NCBI GenBank assembly: GCA_002327885.1
Contig: DCUS01000125.1
Coordinates: 1-51,706, forward strand
Length of the DNA: 51,706 nt
Origin: Syntrophaceae bacterium UBA2208
GTDB taxonomy: Bacteria > Desulfobacterota > BSN033 > UBA1163
Direction: 5' to 3'
Within the stretch, counting starts at the first letter, position 1, and each line of letters starts with the position of its first letter. Of the stretch, positions 29,334 to 38,302 are shown piece by piece. Under the pieces are notes generated by a model. The model was not told where the DNA came from. It searched no databases and was given only the letters and a program-made list of their open reading frames with translations. A program made the translations under genes and the position numbers.

Positions 29334-29471
29334 GGTTAAGTCAGTGGGTAAGGGTCATGATGCCAGTTTGGTCAGCAGGTTAAGTTATTCCTGCCTGGCC
29401 GGCAGGCAGGGGTCTTAAGAATTGAACCTTACCCTTTCCCGTTGAACTATACTGGCATCCTAACCTTAACC
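29334..29471. repeat. Cluster of interlocking inverted repeats around a central 8-bp-stem hairpin
   Basis: The central hairpin is CCTGCCTG-gccgg-CAGGCAGG (29390-29410). It is flanked by TTAAG/CTTAA, GGGTAAGG/CCTTACCC, GATGCCAGT/ACTGGCATC and GGTTAAG/CTTAACC pairs. Two of the pairs cross rather than nest. Confidence 0.5.
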
Positions 29472-29484
29472 GTCAGACCATTCT

Positions 29485-30618
29485 TTAACGGTTCTTAAAT
29501 CTTGAGGCTGCCCGATTGAGAGCCCTTTTCAAGTCCTTCACCGCATCCTCCACTCCTCCCTTGAAGTCCTCCCACGCTTCGTCTCCGGATCCTCTTAGTT
29601 CGCGAAGATTTTTCTTTACGGATCCCTGTTTTTTCTTCAACTCTTCAATCTGTTTGAGATAGGCTATCTTGGCTTCGGCTTTTGACTTTTCTCCTTTCGC
29701 CCTAAGCACATCAATTTCACCACCCCATTCCTTTAATTGCGCTTCCATCTTTTCAACGTAAGCTTTCTTCTTTCCCGATACTTTTTCAGTCATCTCCTCC
29801 TCCTTCTTTTTGAATTTCGAAATAGTCCTATCGAAAGCATCCTTCAATTCATCTAAACTTTTCTCCAAACCGGTTTTAAGTCCCTCCCAGATATTTTCCC
29901 CGGATTCTCTCAGCTCCCCCAGCTTCCTCTGTGCGACCTCCTGCTTGGCCCGCAGATCTTCGATCTGTTTTTCGTATTTGGTTTTTATTTCCGTCTTCGA
30001 CTTTTCGGCTTTCGCCTTCAGGTCATCGATCCTGGCACCCCATTCTTTCAGCTGGACATCTATCTTCTCCTGATAGGCTTTCTTTTCTTGAGCCTCCGGA
30101 GGTCCCATTTCTTTTTTCCCGGAAAAGCCTAAAACCTCCCTTCTTGTGAGAGTTTCCTCGCTCTCTTCTGACGGAACTTTGGTGGCAACCGTGAGAACCG
30201 GGCATTTTGCACGGTGGACAACCTTCTCCCCAACCGAACCAAAAATAAGGCGGTCCAATCCTGTTCGGCCTCTGGTGGCAATGACGATCAGATCCACATT
30301 CTCCTGATCGGCGATGCCCACAATTTCATCTGCCGCATTTCCCCGCAACACAATTAAACGTACCTTCAATTCCTTCCATTCAAGTTGATTGATGATCTCC
30401 TCCAGTGATTTTCTCGAAGTGACCTCTAACTCCTGCTCATACAAGGGGACATTGAAGGCTGCCCCCCCGCCCATAGGAACCACAGGGGCCGGGGAGACCA
30501 CATGGAGAATACACAACTCAGATCCAAAATGAAATGCTATCTCACCCGCTGTCTTGATTGCTTCATAGGAGGGTTCACTGAAGTCCGTTGGACAAAGAAT
30601 TTTCTTAAAAGGTAGCAT
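29485..30618 (-). CDS. Universal stress protein (UspA domain) fused to two tandem ~95-aa coiled-coil modules
   Basis: It has the same MLPFKKILCPTDFSEPS... N-terminus as 15342-16220. Two modules follow: KKAYQEKIDVQLKEWGARIDDLKAKAEKSK... and KKAYVEKMEAQLKEWGGEIDVLRAKGEKSK.... ATG 30618 has better RBS spacing than 30624. Confidence 0.75.
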   Translation of the reverse strand: MLPFKKILCPTDFSEPSYEAIKTAGEIAFHFGSELCILHVVSPAPVVPMGGGAAFNVPLYEQELEVTSRKSLEEIINQLEWKELKVRLIVLRGNAADEIVGIADQENVDLIVIATRGRTGLDRLIFGSVGEKVVHRAKCPVLTVATKVPSEESEETLTRREVLGFSGKKEMGPPEAQEKKAYQEKIDVQLKEWGARIDDLKAKAEKSKTEIKTKYEKQIEDLRAKQEVAQRKLGELRESGENIWEGLKTGLEKSLDELKDAFDRTISKFKKKEEEMTEKVSGKKKAYVEKMEAQLKEWGGEIDVLRAKGEKSKAEAKIAYLKQIEELKKKQGSVKKNLRELRGSGDEAWEDFKGGVEDAVKDLKRALNRAASRFKNR

Positions 30619-30654
30619 TTTCATTTCCTCCCTTCATCGAATTACAGTTCATTC

Positions 30655-31656
30655 TTATTTAGATTCCTTAGCAATCCGTAATGCTTCTCTGATCATCTGA
30701 TTCGTATAGCCCCATTCGTTATCGTACCAGCTCATAACCTTCACCAAATCTCCATCAACCACCTGGGTCATCTCTAAATCAATAATAGAGGCCCGAGGGT
30801 CCTTGATAATATCGGATGAGACGATCGGATCCTCTGAAGCTCCTAAAATCCCTTTGTATCGGGGGCTCTCGGATTCTTCTTTGAAGATCTTATTGACTTC
30901 GTCAACCGTCGTTCTCTTGGAGGTAACGAAGACAATATCCGCGATCGACCCGACCGGAACTGGTCCGCGCACGGCCACGCCATCAAACTTTCCCTGGTAT
31001 TGAGGAAGGGCCTTTGTTGTGGCGACGGCTGCTCCTGTTGAAGTCGGCACAAAATTCATGGCCCCCGCTCTTCCTCTCCTCCACTTTTTGTTTGGCCCGT
31101 CCACAATAGCCTGGGTAGAAGTGTAGGCATGGATGGTAGTCATGGTCGCTTTCTTGATGCCTATCCTTCTTCCCATAATCTCGACAACAGGCGTAATACA
31201 ATTGGTCGTGCAACTGGCGCAGGACAGAATCTGAGCTGTCCCTTTGGGTTTATTGACGCCATGGACGACCGTGATCACTTCTTCATCCTTTGCCGGAGCG
31301 GAGAGGATCACATGCTTTGCACCGGCTTTGATGTGTTTTTCCAGATCTTCCTTTTTATTAAAGATGCCCGTGCATTCAAACACCACATCGATCCCTAAAT
31401 CACCCCAGGGAAGGGAGGAGGGGGCCTTCTGATTAAGAACCTTATACTTTTTCCCATTTACTACCAAATCATCTTGCTCACTTTCCACCTTCTTCTCATA
31501 CCTTCCGTAAACCGTGTCATACTTCAACAAATAGGCGAGGTGATCGGGAGGAATGAGATCGTTAACAGCCTTTAACTCCAGCTCCGGTGTATCTAAGATG
31601 ATCTTAAAAGTTGCCCTTCCAATTCTCCCCAATCCATTAATTGCAACGTTTACCAT
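30655..31656 (-). CDS. gap: Type I glyceraldehyde-3-phosphate dehydrogenase
   Basis: VNVAINGLGRIGR (Rossmann) and active site SCASCTTNC. I moved the start to ATG 31656 behind AAAGGAGG (the track ORF begins at 31740). Confidence 0.9.
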   Translation of the reverse strand: MVNVAINGLGRIGRATFKIILDTPELELKAVNDLIPPDHLAYLLKYDTVYGRYEKKVESEQDDLVVNGKKYKVLNQKAPSSLPWGDLGIDVVFECTGIFNKKEDLEKHIKAGAKHVILSAPAKDEEVITVVHGVNKPKGTAQILSCASCTTNCITPVVEIMGRRIGIKKATMTTIHAYTSTQAIVDGPNKKWRRGRAGAMNFVPTSTGAAVATTKALPQYQGKFDGVAVRGPVPVGSIADIVFVTSKRTTVDEVNKIFKEESESPRYKGILGASEDPIVSSDIIKDPRASIIDLEMTQVVDGDLVKVMSWYDNEWGYTNQMIREALRIAKESK

Positions 31657-31757
31657 GATGGACCTCCTTTCTTGTACCTCGCTCACCCTGGCCCATGGAG
31701 TATATTTCGCTACTCCACAGAGCGAGTCCTTCCCCATCAAAAAGGAAGGGCTGCTTC

Positions 31758-32810
31758 CTAAGCTACATTCACCTCCTTACAGAGATAGACATCCTGAACC
31801 GCATTTAGTAAGGCCACGCCCTCCTTCATTAGTTTTTGAAATGCTTTTCGTCCCGTAATCAACCCCATGCCTCCTGCCCGTTTGTTGATCACCGCTGTAC
31901 GCACGGCTTGAGCCAGATCATCTTCTCCTGCCGATGCTCCGCCAGAATTGATCAATCCGGTCCGACCCATGTAGCAATTGGCGACCTGGTAACGGGTCCA
32001 CTCGATGGGATGGTCAGGGGGCAACTGGCTATACACTTTTTCATCCGTCTTTCCGAACTTTAAAGCCATAAATCCCCCGTTACATTCCGGCTGCTTCTGC
32101 TTGACAATATCGGCTTGAATCGTCACTCCCAAATGATTGGCTTGTCCTGTAAGGTCTGCGGCCACTTCGTAATCCTTATCGGCCTTGAACTCCGCGTTGC
32201 GCAAATAACACCACAGCACGGTGAACATTCCCAATTCGTGAGCCCGTTCGAAAATATTCGAAATCTCGACAATCTGCCTTCTCGACTCCTGCGAACCGAA
32301 GTAGATCGTCGCTCCAATTCCCACGGCACCCATCTCGAAGGCTTTCTCTACGCTTGCAAACAACACCTGATCATAGGTGTTAGGATAAGAGAGGAGTTCG
32401 TTATGGTTCACTTTGACGATGAAGGGTATCCGATGGGCATATTTTCGGGCCATGGCACCAAGCACTCCAACGGTAGAGGCGACCGCATTACATCCTCCCT
32501 CGATGGCGAGTTCGATGATCTTCTCCGGATCAAAATAGATGGGATTTGGAGCGAAGGAGGCCCCTGCCGAATGTTCAATTCCCTGATCTACTGGAAGAAT
32601 GGATAAATATCCCGTATCCACCAATCTTCCGGTCTTAAACATCCATCGCAAATTGCGGAGGGTAGCCACTGGTCGATCGGATGGAATAAAAATCCGTTCA
32701 ATGAAATCTGGACCTGGTAAATGTAACTGGTCTTTTGAAATCCCTTTGCACCGATATTCGAGAAGGGACTTGCCTTTGCCCAACAATCCTTCAATTTCCT
32801 CGATCCTCAT
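31758..32810 (-). CDS. fbaB: Class I fructose-bisphosphate aldolase, FbaB/DhnA type
   Basis: It is collinear with E. coli FbaB over its full length. Shared stretches include [55 protein letters not shown] and [18 protein letters not shown]. Confidence 0.85.
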   Translation of the reverse strand: MRIEEIEGLLGKGKSLLEYRCKGISKDQLHLPGPDFIERIFIPSDRPVATLRNLRWMFKTGRLVDTGYLSILPVDQGIEHSAGASFAPNPIYFDPEKIIELAIEGGCNAVASTVGVLGAMARKYAHRIPFIVKVNHNELLSYPNTYDQVLFASVEKAFEMGAVGIGATIYFGSQESRRQIVEISNIFERAHELGMFTVLWCYLRNAEFKADKDYEVAADLTGQANHLGVTIQADIVKQKQPECNGGFMALKFGKTDEKVYSQLPPDHPIEWTRYQVANCYMGRTGLINSGGASAGEDDLAQAVRTAVINKRAGGMGLITGRKAFQKLMKEGVALLNAVQDVYLCKEVNVA

Positions 32811-32860
32811 AGAGACCCCCAATTCTCAGGATACCCGGGAACCAGCATATCAGGTAACCA

Positions 32861-32908
32861 GGAATCCTGATACTCTGATACCCTAATACCCTAATATCCT
32901 GATATCCT
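32861..32908. repeat. Tandem octanucleotide array (6 units, consensus RRATAYCCT-like) in the fbaB upstream region
   Basis: The units are ggaatcct gatactct gataccct aataccct aatatcct gatatcct, read directly in phase. ATCAGG/CCTGAT inverted motifs flank the array. Confidence 0.6.
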
Positions 32909-32914
32909 GGATAA

Positions 32915-33190
32915 TTAATGGATTTCCCATTCTCCATAACGCATACCGTTGCGCAATCTTCCAAATTCGATCTTTTTATTCTTTTCCAGGGCATCCACCA
33001 GTATCTCCGCTTCCAGGAGCGAACACCCCATCTTGTCGTAAAGAAAGCCCCTGAATTCGGTCTTGCCCCGAAGATATGTTTCCCTGAACGGAGAGGCAAA
33101 CCGTTTCAATAGGAGACGGCAAGCCCTGTTGAACTTCCCGACATCCACTCGGGTCTGCGACTCCGCTCTTTTTCGCTTTTTCATGATCAA
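32915..33190 (-). CDS. Hypothetical 91-aa basic protein
   Basis: The ORF start overlaps the stop of the upstream gene (ATGA at 33187-33190), which suggests translational coupling. No family recognised. Confidence 0.4.
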   Translation of the reverse strand: MIMKKRKRAESQTRVDVGKFNRACRLLLKRFASPFRETYLRGKTEFRGFLYDKMGCSLLEAEILVDALEKNKKIEFGRLRNGMRYGEWEIH

Positions 33191-33801
33191 TAACGAAATA
33201 CAGCAGCCAGAGGCGCCTCATCCGGCATCTCCTCCGGCTTCATGGCATACACTGTCACTCCGTTTAAAATCGTGTGAACAGCCGCAAAATCGAGCAGGTC
33301 TTCGTCCCCGAATTCCGGTTCCGCGTGAATATGAATTGTACACTTATCCGGGTCGAAAAAGCCCCATTGCTGGACACCTACAGTCACCCATAGGATATCG
33401 ATTCTTCCCTCACAAGCCGCTGGAACAATTTTCTTCAGGTCCTTTGAAGCCCGCGCACTGCCCGCTAATTGCTTATATTTGGCCATGGCCTCTTCTTGAG
33501 CTTTGAGAAATTGAGGTTCGACAATCCCCCATGCCTGCCCGTGTAATTCTTCCGCCTTCAAGCTCTCTGGGTTTCCCGTAATCCCCTGTTCCAACAAATG
33601 GGGATAGCTGTTGGCTTCCCTGTAAATCGGAAAGAGGTAATCGACTCTGCAGGAAACAAGAAAGGGACGTCCATAACCAAACTGTTTCAGCGCTTCGGTA
33701 CCGGTGGCTTTTCCTGTCAGTTGTTTCACTTCCTCTACATCCACTTCTTTCTGAAATCGATTTTCCAAATATTTCTTAACTTCGGCTAACTCAAAATTCA
33801 T
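33187..33801 (-). CDS. Half-length protein whose C-terminal ~150 aa resemble bacterial eRF1-like (baeRF / host-attachment-type) proteins
   Basis: The C-terminal pattern is ...DYLFPIYREANSYPHLLEQGITGNPESLKAEELHGQAWGIVEPQF...ASKDLKKIVPAACEGRIDILWV...GDEDLLDFAAVHTILNGVTVYAMKPEEMPDEAPLAAVFRY. I recognise this from memory as the family's C-terminal half. The N-terminal ~55 aa are unrelated to that family. Confidence 0.4.
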   Translation of the reverse strand: MNFELAEVKKYLENRFQKEVDVEEVKQLTGKATGTEALKQFGYGRPFLVSCRVDYLFPIYREANSYPHLLEQGITGNPESLKAEELHGQAWGIVEPQFLKAQEEAMAKYKQLAGSARASKDLKKIVPAACEGRIDILWVTVGVQQWGFFDPDKCTIHIHAEPEFGDEDLLDFAAVHTILNGVTVYAMKPEEMPDEAPLAAVFRY

Positions 33802-33813
33802 ACCTTACCCCTT

Positions 33814-34038
33814 CTATTGCCTCACCATGGGTGCTCCGCATTTGGGACACATCTGCTGGTAGCAAGGAATCCCAACCTGATGACGGGCTGTTGTCCCGCA
33901 AGAAGGGCTTACACAATCACCCACAGGTCCCGAACCGGGCTTTGTCCCACCCATGCGGCCTCTTCGGCCTCCGATGCCTCTTCTTCCTGTTCCAGGTCCA
34001 CTCCCCGCTGGGGGACCCTTTCTGTCTCCTCTTGGTAT
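33814..34038 (-). CDS. DUF5320-like small zinc-ribbon protein, not in the ORF track (no canonical start; ATA at the expected Met)
   Basis: AAAGGAG, 7 nt, then ATA CCA AGA GGA GAC gives (M/I)PRGDRKGPPAGSGPGTGRRG...CVSPSCG..H..GIPCYQQMCPKCGAPMVRQ*. A TAA lies 5 codons upstream in frame. The first ATG is 27 codons in. The stop is 12 nt before the next gene. Confidence 0.4.
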   Translation of the reverse strand: MPRGDRKGPPAGSGPGTGRRGIGGRRGRMGGTKPGSGPVGDCVSPSCGTTARHQVGIPCYQQMCPKCGAPMVRQ

Positions 34039-34188
34039 TTTGGAGCTCCTTTCTTAAAGAGGAAAGCACTGACTATTGATCCTGCCTTCTGGTGCAATCT
34101 CTCTCGGGCATATTGAAACTGATACGGGCCAGAACCCGCCAGTCAGTGGCATCAGTGTCTCGAAATGATTTCTTCATAATCTTCTCTT

Positions 34189-36855
34189 TTACTCAAGAGA
34201 GAGAATTCCATGGATAACCTCTCTCTTGCGCTCCAATGTAAATCCCCTCCTGGTAAACATTCCAAGCATCGTTTTATTGTCGGAGAGAATATACCCGATG
34301 ATCCGTTTCACGCCGCGGTCCTTGGCAATTTGAATACAATAATCCGTCAGTAATGAACCCACACCCCTGTTCTGCCATTGATCCCCTACCACGACTGCCA
34401 ACTCCGCAGTCTCCATATCAGGGTTAGTAACTAACCGTCCCACTCCGATCAATTTTTTACCTCTGTCCTGATGCATCTGAGCAACCATGGCAACCTCCCG
34501 CTCATAGTCAATAAAACAGTATCTCTCGGCCATCTCATGGATGGCCTTCTGCCCAACATTGAAGAAACGCAACCGCATGGTTTCGAGAGAGAAGCCCTCC
34601 AGCAATTCGAGCCAGAGGGGCTCATCCTCCGGTTTGATCGGCCGGAGGATGATGGGGGTCCCATCTTTCATTCGTTCCTGCCGAACATACTTCTTGGGAT
34701 AAGGGCGTATGGCAAGGTGGCTATAAGGTCTGAGGGCCCTCTCGATGGCTTCTTTGTCGATAAAGACGCGGGCATCCAAGACCCATGCCCTTTCCGGTCC
34801 GATGAGCAATGGATTGATATCCATCTCTTCGATCTCCGGGCAATCTACGACGAGATAAGAAAACCGAATCAGGATTTCCTTCAAGAGGTTGAGATTTACC
34901 GGTGGGCGCCCTCTGTAGCCTTGCAAAATTTTATATCCTTTAATCGACTCGACCAGTCTTTGAGCCAGCCGTTCATTGAGTGGCGGAAGGCTGATGGCTC
35001 GATCCTGGAGGACTTCAGCCAGTATTCCTCCCATCCCAAAGAGGATGACAGATCCGAAAGTCCCATCTTTTTTCGACCCGATGATCAGTTCATACCCCTT
35101 CTCGTCGATCATCTTCTGAACCGTTACCCCCTCGACGACTACATCTCTCTTATGGCCCCTGACATTTTCCATAATTTTTTCAAAACCACGACGCACAGCC
35201 TCTTCTGAACCAAGTCCAAGTAAGACACCCCCTGCATCGCTCTTATGGGTCACCTGGGGAGAAAGTATTTTCAAAACGACCGGATAACCAATTTCGTTTG
35301 CGATCGCCCCGGCCTCGTCACCGTTTTTCGCTGGAAATGACTTGACAATAGGAATTCCATACAGTTCCAATAGGGATTTAGAAGCGACCTCGGAAAGAAC
35401 TTCCTCCTTCTCCCTTCTGACCAACTCACTTACTTTTGTCCGGTCGAATTCAAATTCGATGGGAATCTCTTCCGGAGTTTCATAAAGGAGTTCAAGGTTG
35501 CGACCATAGGAATACATATAAGTAAAGGTCTTGGCTGCCTCTTCGGGGGTAGTGTAGGTTGGAATATTCCTTTGATTGAGAATCTCGATCCCTCCTTGAA
35601 CACTCCTCCCTCCCATCCAGGAGGTAAGCAAGGGTTTCATCGAATTCTTGGAAGCCTCCCCTGCGAAATGGGCCACTTCGGCGGAGTCGGTCATCGTCTG
35701 TGGCGTAAGAATCACCAGAACACCATCCACGCCCTTGTCTTCGAGGATGATTTCAAGAACCCTTCCAAATCGCTCGGGTGGCGCATCTCCCAGGATATCG
35801 ATCGGATTACCATGACTCCAGAAGGAAGGCAAAAATCCGTTTAATCCATCTATTGTCTCTTTGGATAAAACAGCCAATTCTCCGCCGTACTTGATCAAAG
35901 CATCAGCGGCCATGACACCCGGGCCACCCGCATTCGTGATGATCGCCAGCTTAGGACCAATTGGTCTCTTCTGTTTGGCAAGAATTTCAGCGCAGTTGAA
36001 GAGGTCTTTGACCTCCTCTACACGGACCATTCCTGCTCTTTGGAAGGCAGCATCATAGACTAAATCTTCTCCTGCCAGGGCGCCGGTGTGTGAGACGGCT
36101 GCCTTGAAGCTTTCCGAGAACCTCCCGGATTTGACAACAACAATAGGTTTCTTTCTCGCAAAGGCGCGAGCCGCACTCATGAATTTACGAACATTTGTCA
36201 AACTCTCGATATAAAGAAGAACACTATGCGTTTGCCCATCGGTCCCCAAGTAGTCAATCAGATCACCAAAATCCACATCAATCATCCCCCCTATTGAGAT
36301 GAAGGAGCTGAATCCAATATTTTCCTGGATCGACCAGTCAAGAATTGCCGAGCAAAGTGCTCCGGACTGAGAGATGAGAGCGACATCTCCGGCTTTTGGC
36401 ATGAACGGAGTGAAAGTTGCATTCATCTTTATCTTGGGGACGATTACACCCAGACAGTTTGGCCCAATGATCCTGACTCCATAAGGCCGGGCATTTTTAA
36501 GAATATTTTCCTCGAGTTTGAGACCTTCCTTTCCCACCTCCTTGAATCCGGCGGAGATGATGATGACACCTAAGATTCCAGCCTTTCCGCAGTGCTCAAT
36601 CAATTTAGGAACGGTCTTGGCAGGGGTAGCGATGATTGCCAGGTCGACCTGTTCTGGAATTTCGCTTACGCTGGAGTAAGCATTTATCCCTTCCACTTCC
36701 TCTCCTTTCGGATTGACAGGAAAGACTCCTCCGTCATATTCGGAGGAAACCAGATTTTTAAACACGATGCGGCCTACGCTGCTTGGATTTCTGCCAGCAC
36801 CAATGACTGCGATTCGCTTTGGTAAAAATATCTTATCTAAGTTGAGAGTACTCAT
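34189..36855 (-). CDS. ADP-forming acyl-CoA synthetase-like domains fused to a C-terminal GNAT acetyltransferase (PatZ/Pat-type protein acetyltransferase architecture)
   Basis: 888 aa. It has a CoA-binding N-terminus (IAVIGAGRNPSSVG), succinyl-CoA-synthetase-like and ATP-grasp regions, and a C-terminal GNAT (QNRGVGSLLTDYCIQIAKDRG). The length and domain order match E. coli PatZ (YfiQ). Confidence 0.85.
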   Translation of the reverse strand: MSTLNLDKIFLPKRIAVIGAGRNPSSVGRIVFKNLVSSEYDGGVFPVNPKGEEVEGINAYSSVSEIPEQVDLAIIATPAKTVPKLIEHCGKAGILGVIIISAGFKEVGKEGLKLEENILKNARPYGVRIIGPNCLGVIVPKIKMNATFTPFMPKAGDVALISQSGALCSAILDWSIQENIGFSSFISIGGMIDVDFGDLIDYLGTDGQTHSVLLYIESLTNVRKFMSAARAFARKKPIVVVKSGRFSESFKAAVSHTGALAGEDLVYDAAFQRAGMVRVEEVKDLFNCAEILAKQKRPIGPKLAIITNAGGPGVMAADALIKYGGELAVLSKETIDGLNGFLPSFWSHGNPIDILGDAPPERFGRVLEIILEDKGVDGVLVILTPQTMTDSAEVAHFAGEASKNSMKPLLTSWMGGRSVQGGIEILNQRNIPTYTTPEEAAKTFTYMYSYGRNLELLYETPEEIPIEFEFDRTKVSELVRREKEEVLSEVASKSLLELYGIPIVKSFPAKNGDEAGAIANEIGYPVVLKILSPQVTHKSDAGGVLLGLGSEEAVRRGFEKIMENVRGHKRDVVVEGVTVQKMIDEKGYELIIGSKKDGTFGSVILFGMGGILAEVLQDRAISLPPLNERLAQRLVESIKGYKILQGYRGRPPVNLNLLKEILIRFSYLVVDCPEIEEMDINPLLIGPERAWVLDARVFIDKEAIERALRPYSHLAIRPYPKKYVRQERMKDGTPIILRPIKPEDEPLWLELLEGFSLETMRLRFFNVGQKAIHEMAERYCFIDYEREVAMVAQMHQDRGKKLIGVGRLVTNPDMETAELAVVVGDQWQNRGVGSLLTDYCIQIAKDRGVKRIIGYILSDNKTMLGMFTRRGFTLERKREVIHGILSLE

Positions 36856-37041
36856 TTCTTTCTCCTCTCAAGCCCCCAAGTAAACTTTCGTATCTTCATT
36901 GTTCTTCGAGCTCCACTTTGAGAGCGAAAAATTTCAACAGATCTTTCAATGCGATGATGCCAAGGAGACGATTCTTTTCGGTCACCATGAGACGGCTGGC
37001 TCCTGTTTTAGATATTATTGTGATTGAGCCGGTTTTCTTTG

Positions 37042-37392
37042 CTATAACAGTTCTCTAATCTTCTCTTTAAATTCTTTGAGGTCCGTTGACTTCATTAGAT
37101 ACGCGTCTGCTGCCCAGCTCATAAAATCTTCCTGATAACCCGGATGAGAGGTGTGAAGGATGACGGGGATGTTTTTATCTTTCCCAATGATCCGGCCAAG
37201 GGCCTCCATCCCATCCATCTTAGGCATGACAATATCAAGAACAATCAGATCGGGTTTCTCCTTCTCCACCTTCTGAAGTGCATCTTTTCCATTTTTCGCC
37301 GTCAGAACTTCATATCCCTCCCCCTCCAGCTCTTCTTCATAAAGATCTCTTAGTCCCTCATCATCATCCACAATCAAGATTTTCTTTTTCAT
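37042..37392 (-). CDS. Single-domain response regulator (REC only)
   Basis: MKKKILIVDDDEGLRDLY...DLIVLDIVMPKMDGMEAL...PVILHTSH, with no output domain. I moved the start to ATG 37392 behind AGGAG (the track ORF begins at 37500). Confidence 0.8.
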   Translation of the reverse strand: MKKKILIVDDDEGLRDLYEEELEGEGYEVLTAKNGKDALQKVEKEKPDLIVLDIVMPKMDGMEALGRIIGKDKNIPVILHTSHPGYQEDFMSWAADAYLMKSTDLKEFKEKIRELL

Positions 37393-37631
37393 AACAATCT
37401 CCTGCAAGAGAATGGTCGAATCTGTTATAAAGAAAGCTCTTTCGATTGAAAAAGACTTCACGGCCCTCGGGAGTCTTAATGAACCTGGCTCCATACTCAC
37501 TAAAAAGGTTTATTACGGTGGCCATGTTCCATCTTCCAAGAATCTTTCTTCGTTCCTCGGGTTGGTTTCCTTATATAATCCTCGCTCTGCCGACGAGCTA
37601 CATGGGATGTCTCCTGCACCCTATTAGTTCA

Positions 37632-37826
37632 TTACTTGCATTGCCTTTGTTTATCTATTTTCTGATTCTGAGGCAAAGAACCTATGTTCAAATTTTCTAC
37701 TGCAGTTGAGAACTGGCCCGATCCATCCTCAGTCTCCAAAACCACCACTTTGTCTCCAATCCACTTCACCCGATAGTTTCCTCCGATGAGAGTTATCCTT
37801 ACTTGGTCTCCTTCTCTAAGTGACAT
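37632..37826 (-). CDS. Hypothetical 64-aa protein
   Basis: An ORF with a weak AAGGGG RBS. No family recognised. Confidence 0.3.
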   Translation of the reverse strand: MSLREGDQVRITLIGGNYRVKWIGDKVVVLETEDGSGQFSTAVENLNIGSLPQNQKIDKQRQCK

Positions 37827-38302
37827 TAGATATCATCCCCTTCTTATATCTTTTCTCGTTTTTCTGAGACGGATTATTTCGCATCCTCCGAAATGAATCT
37901 TTTTTTCTAAGATCACTCCACCAACCATCTCACCGCAAAAGAAGCTTTTCCATTCCCGCTAATTTCCTTGCTGATCGAAAAACCTTTCATAATAGGTGTT
38001 GTTTCCACAGCGAAAACAATCGATAAATTAGCTTTTAGCAATAACGATACCAGATTTATTAAGTTGCATTTTTAGGAGTGTTAATAAGAAGTTAGGCTGA
38101 GTGGACAAAAAAGACCCATTATGAGAGCCGTGGCATACTGCCCCAATCGTAGCACCATGCCCCTTTTCTTTTCGGATTTAAATAAAATGTCCATTGACAC
38201 ATAAAGCTGTCTACATAGAAAGCCAAGGTCTTTGAGACCATGGATCCCGTCGGCCATAGCCTATGTTATCGGACGATGAATGCGAAGAGGTACTTCCTTT
38301 TT

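Noticed and set aside
32841-32860. TGGTTA-N-ATGC motif upstream of fbaB as a sigma-54 promoter
   Set aside because: The GG-to-GC spacing is off by one and the -24 element is degenerate.
32861-32908. Octamer array as a CRISPR or minisatellite-coding region
   Set aside because: The units are contiguous with no spacers and far too short for CRISPR. The overlapping track ORF is an artefact of the repeat.
33817-34116. 99-aa + strand ORF
   Set aside because: It is antisense to the DUF5320-like gene. The Ser/Arg/Cys-rich product has no motif.
34471-35208. 245-aa + strand ORF
   Set aside because: It is antisense to the PatZ-like gene. No motifs.
36896-37040. Possible CBS-domain C-terminal remnant (...SRLMVTEKNRLLGIIALKDLLKFFALKVELEEQ*) between the REC gene and the PatZ-like gene
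   Set aside because: Only about 45 codons are open, an in-frame TAG lies just upstream, and the only canonical start gives 30 aa. The resemblance to a CBS beta-alpha unit is too short to support a feature.
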